Shown in pieces: positions 60,693-64,000 of a stretch of 64,000 bases of DNA; the first letter of the stretch is position 1; every line of letters starts with the position of its first letter. This stretch comes from Sphyrna mokarran (taxonomy: Eukaryota). The position numbers and the translations under genes were made by a program. The DNA is taken from assembly GCA_024679065.1 (NCBI GenBank), contig JAGIQG010000014.1, forward strand, positions 75,950,001 to 76,014,000, written 5' to 3'. The notes under the pieces were generated by a model. That model did no database searches. It had not been told where the DNA came from and was given only the letters and a program-made list of their open reading frames with translations.

Positions 60693-60880
60693 TGCAGAAA
60701 AATCCACAGGCATTTCAAAAAAGAAAAGATTTAAATGAAATAATTCGAGTGATTCCTAAAACAACCAGGTATTTGCTACGTCGCAGCTGTTTCAGGTTTA
60801 AAATATATTGATATTAGCATAAAAAGGATAATTGATGATACGAGAACGTTCCGAAGCAAGGGGAATGTTTTATGCTGGAC

Positions 60881-63325
60881 ATGAGATATAAAATATATTG
60901 TTTGCTAAAATGCCAATTATTTTATTGTGTATTCTCCTCGTGGAATCTGGTGTTTGGACAGATTCGTTACTCGATTCCTGAAGAACTGCAAGTGGGCGCC
61001 TTTGTTGGGAATATCGCAGATGATTTGCGTTTAGATATAAAGCAGCTCTCGGCTCGCAGTTTTCGGATTGTACCGGGGCCCAGGGAACAATATGTGGATA
61101 TAAATTTGGACACTGGCGTTTTCTTTGTGAAGGAGAAAGTCGACAGGGAACAGATTTGCGGGACGAGTTTGAATTGTATGATATCCTTGGACTGTTTGCT
61201 TGAAAATCCCTTAAAGCTGTACCAGGTTATAGTGGAGATTGTCGACGTGAATGACAATGCTCCTAGTTTTCCAAAGAAGCAAATCCGCCTGGAAATCTCA
61301 GAGCGTTCTACACCGGGAACGCGCTTTCCTCTCGAGTCCGCGCACGATCCGGACATTGGAACAAATTCCTTACAAATTTATGAGCTCCTTCCCAACGATA
61401 ATTTCATTTTGGATGTGCAGGTGAGCGACGAGACGGAAAAAATTCCAGTATTGGTGCTGCAGAGTTTCTTGGACAGAGAAACGGAGTCCAGCCACATGTT
61501 GACGCTAATAGCCAAGGACGGCGGGGTCCCTGTGAGATCCGGCACTGCTCTGGTCTCAATCACAGTAAAGGATACAAACGACAACGCCCCTGTTTTTCCC
61601 CAGTCAGTTTACAGAGTCACCCTATTGGAAACAGCACCAATAGGAACGCGCGTAATTATATTAAATGCCACCGACTTGGACGATGGTCCTAATGGGGAGA
61701 TAACGTACTCGCTCAGTAGTCACACTTCTGCTAGAGCTCGGGAAATGTTTGACGTGGATTCGAAAACTGGTGAAATCATATTAAAAATGGAATTGGACTT
61801 TGAAGACAACAAGGCCTTTCGAATTAATGTACAGGCAACGGACAGGGGCTCTGAAGCAATGTTCGGCCACTGTGATATTTTGGTGAATGTTATTGATGCA
61901 AATGATAACGCACCAGAGGTGACATTAACATCTTTGTCCAGCACAGTTTCAGAAGATGCTCCAACTGGAACTGTAATCGCTCTGTTCAGTGCAGCAGATG
62001 AAGATTCGGGACAAAATGGGCAGGTACAATGTCAAATTTCAAAGAAACTTCCTTTTAAGTTAAATTCTTCTTTGAAGAATTATTATGAATTACTTGTTCA
62101 ACATCCGCTGGACCGTGAAAATGCCTCCCACTATGATGTCACTATAACATGCACGGATGCAGGAAATCCTCCTCTGACATCCAAAAAAACCATTCGGGTA
62201 GAAGTTTCAGATATAAATGACAATGCCCCACGGTTCAGCAAGTCCCGATACACAGCAATCGTCATGGAAAACAATATTATTGGCGCTTCCATATTTTCTA
62301 TTACAGCCTTTGACCCAGATGTTGGACAGAATGCACGACTTAAATACTCCATCTTGGAGACACAAGTTGAGAATGTCACGGTGTTAACTTATATCGCTAT
62401 TAACTCGGAGACTGGAGTTATTACCGCTCAGAGATCATTTGACTACGAGAAACTGAAAAACTTTCAGACCCGCGTTCACGTAATCGACTTTGGAAGCCCA
62501 CCACTCTCCAGTAATGCCACAGTGAATGTTATTATCCTTGATCAGAATGACAATGTTCCAATGATCGTGCACCCAGTAGCCGAGTATGGCTCCACGGTAA
62601 CAGAGACAATTTCCAGGTTTGCAGAACCAGGCTATTTAGTTGCTAAGGTATCGGCCACTGATGCTGACGCAGGGCAGAATTCTCGCCTTTCTTATTCCAT
62701 CTTCCAGGCTACTCAGCATAACCTTTTTACTATTTCACCAGACACTGGGGAAATTTGGACGATCCGCCGTATTGAGAATAAAGATGCCTCTAAGCAAAGG
62801 CTGGTGATTGTGGTAAAAGACAATGGAACACCATCGCTTTCTGCCACAGTGACCATCATCTTATCTGTGGTAGGTGGTGACACTGAAGCTTTTTCCAGCG
62901 TCAGTGGATTGTCTGAAGACCCAGGGTTCACTCCTGATCTGAGCTTTTCCTTGGTCGTAGCATTAGGAGTAATTTCTACCATTTTTCTGATTATTTTAAT
63001 TATCCTAGCTGTGAAAGTTCATCAAAGCAGAAATGCGTTTGGAGGTCAAGCCTGTTCACTGGGTGTTTGTTGCTGCTTTGAAACAAGACACTCTCTAAAT
63101 GGAATTCAAAAGGCCAGCAGAAATCTTCAGATACCACCCAACTACGTTGAGGTATTCGGGGGTGATCCACTTTCTCAAAGTTTCCGCTATGAGTCATGTT
63201 CAACATTGCAGTCAACAAAAAGAGACTTCACAGCTGCTAGCACAGGCAAGCCATTGACAGACAAGAATTATGTCCAGACAGACTCTGTGAGGAAAGAAAA
63301 GTATATGAAGGTTGCAAACATCGAG
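60881..63325 (+). CDS. Clustered protocadherin variable exon 7 (815 codons; 8 codons shorter in the cytoplasmic tail)
   Basis: The ATG conserved across paralogues (MRYKIY) is at 60881; an extra in-frame ATG lies at 60872. Donor GAG|GTGAGG at 63325/63326. Confidence 0.95.
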
Positions 63326-64000
63326 GTGAGGTGCGATTACAAAGTGAATAGTATCTTCCCACATCTCCTTTGGGTGTACGGAAGATTTTGGGGGAACACG
63401 AGTATGTTTAATTGAATAGGATGGATGTATTATCTTTATTGGGTTTCGTGCCGTTTTCTGAAATATTTCTATTTCCTGTCAGCAACTATTTGTCACTGCT
63501 ACCGGAGGGTATCTTACAGTTTATCGGTGCATTGTTTTGTGCTTATTTATAAGCCATTGTCAATCCCAGGTTCTCGTTTGTTCTGGATGCTCATGTCACC
63601 TATTGGCGCTGTTCAAATCTCTGAGAATTTATCTAAATGGAAGGGAAAATTGACTTTGCACCAGATGCTGTATACGTCTAGATGTGATTGTCCTTTGAGG
63701 AACTCTGTGAAGTCACGAAACAGTACACATATTGATTTATTGATAATGTCACAATTATACATTGCTTTTGTAACACAGGGGCTCAATATCATTGTATTCA
63801 GCGTATTTGTTCTTTTGTCGTATTATCAGAGCGTCTCTCTGACTGTAGGACCATTTCAAATTGACCATCTAATCCTATATCATTGCTAACGAAGACCTTC
63901 AATGGACTGTTGACAGTAGTCCTGCAGTGAAAATGCTCCTGGCTGTTTATGGCAGATTTGCATGATGCGTGGAAGCTTGGAGGGCAGAAAGGGGTGTTGT

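Noticed and set aside
60872-60880. Upstream in-frame ATG (MLD) for exon 7
   Set aside because: It is not present in the paralogues and has a pyrimidine at -3; 60881 matches the conserved start.
63425-63889. 154-aa ORF after exon 7
   Set aside because: It overlaps intron sequence homologous to the non-coding post-donor regions of other spacers and has no recognisable domain.
1-64000. Specific gene symbols (Pcdh alpha/gamma/mu/nu numbering), constant exons, prokaryotic-type systems such as CRISPR
   Set aside because: The subcluster cannot be assigned without phylogeny. I found no constant-exon-like peptide and no repeat-spacer array.

Overview
Vertebrate genomic DNA, most likely from a shark or other elasmobranch. 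This is inferred from the repeat repertoire: HE1/V-SINE-like and SacSINE1/DeuSINE-like SINEs, CR1 LINEs with (TTCTATG)n/(TTCTTTG)n tails, Rex1/Babar, and a Penelope terminal repeat with a hammerhead motif. The window is part of a clustered protocadherin locus. It holds seven tandem, intact, plus-strand variable exons of about 2.45 kb. Each encodes a signal peptide, six cadherin repeats, a TM helix and a variable cytoplasmic domain, has its own conserved ~220-bp promoter, and ends at a phase-0 GAG|GTGAG splice donor. No constant exons are visible. The spacers are built of dead retroelements. Main observations: (1) an out-of-frame uORF overlapping the main ATG in six of the seven exons (18 aa in five, 8 aa in one); (2) promoters with exactly spaced CCAAT boxes but no CGCT core; (3) a CR1 lineage whose 3' end is a captured V-SINE; (4) a five-deep nested CR1 stack; (5) one ancient CR1 fossil repeated once per spacer; (6) mosaic, conversion-like tracts between exons; (7) a 232-bp near-perfect inverted duplication; (8) a palindromic Penelope hammerhead pair. 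All family assignments were made by eye and from memory of consensus sequences; no database search was run.
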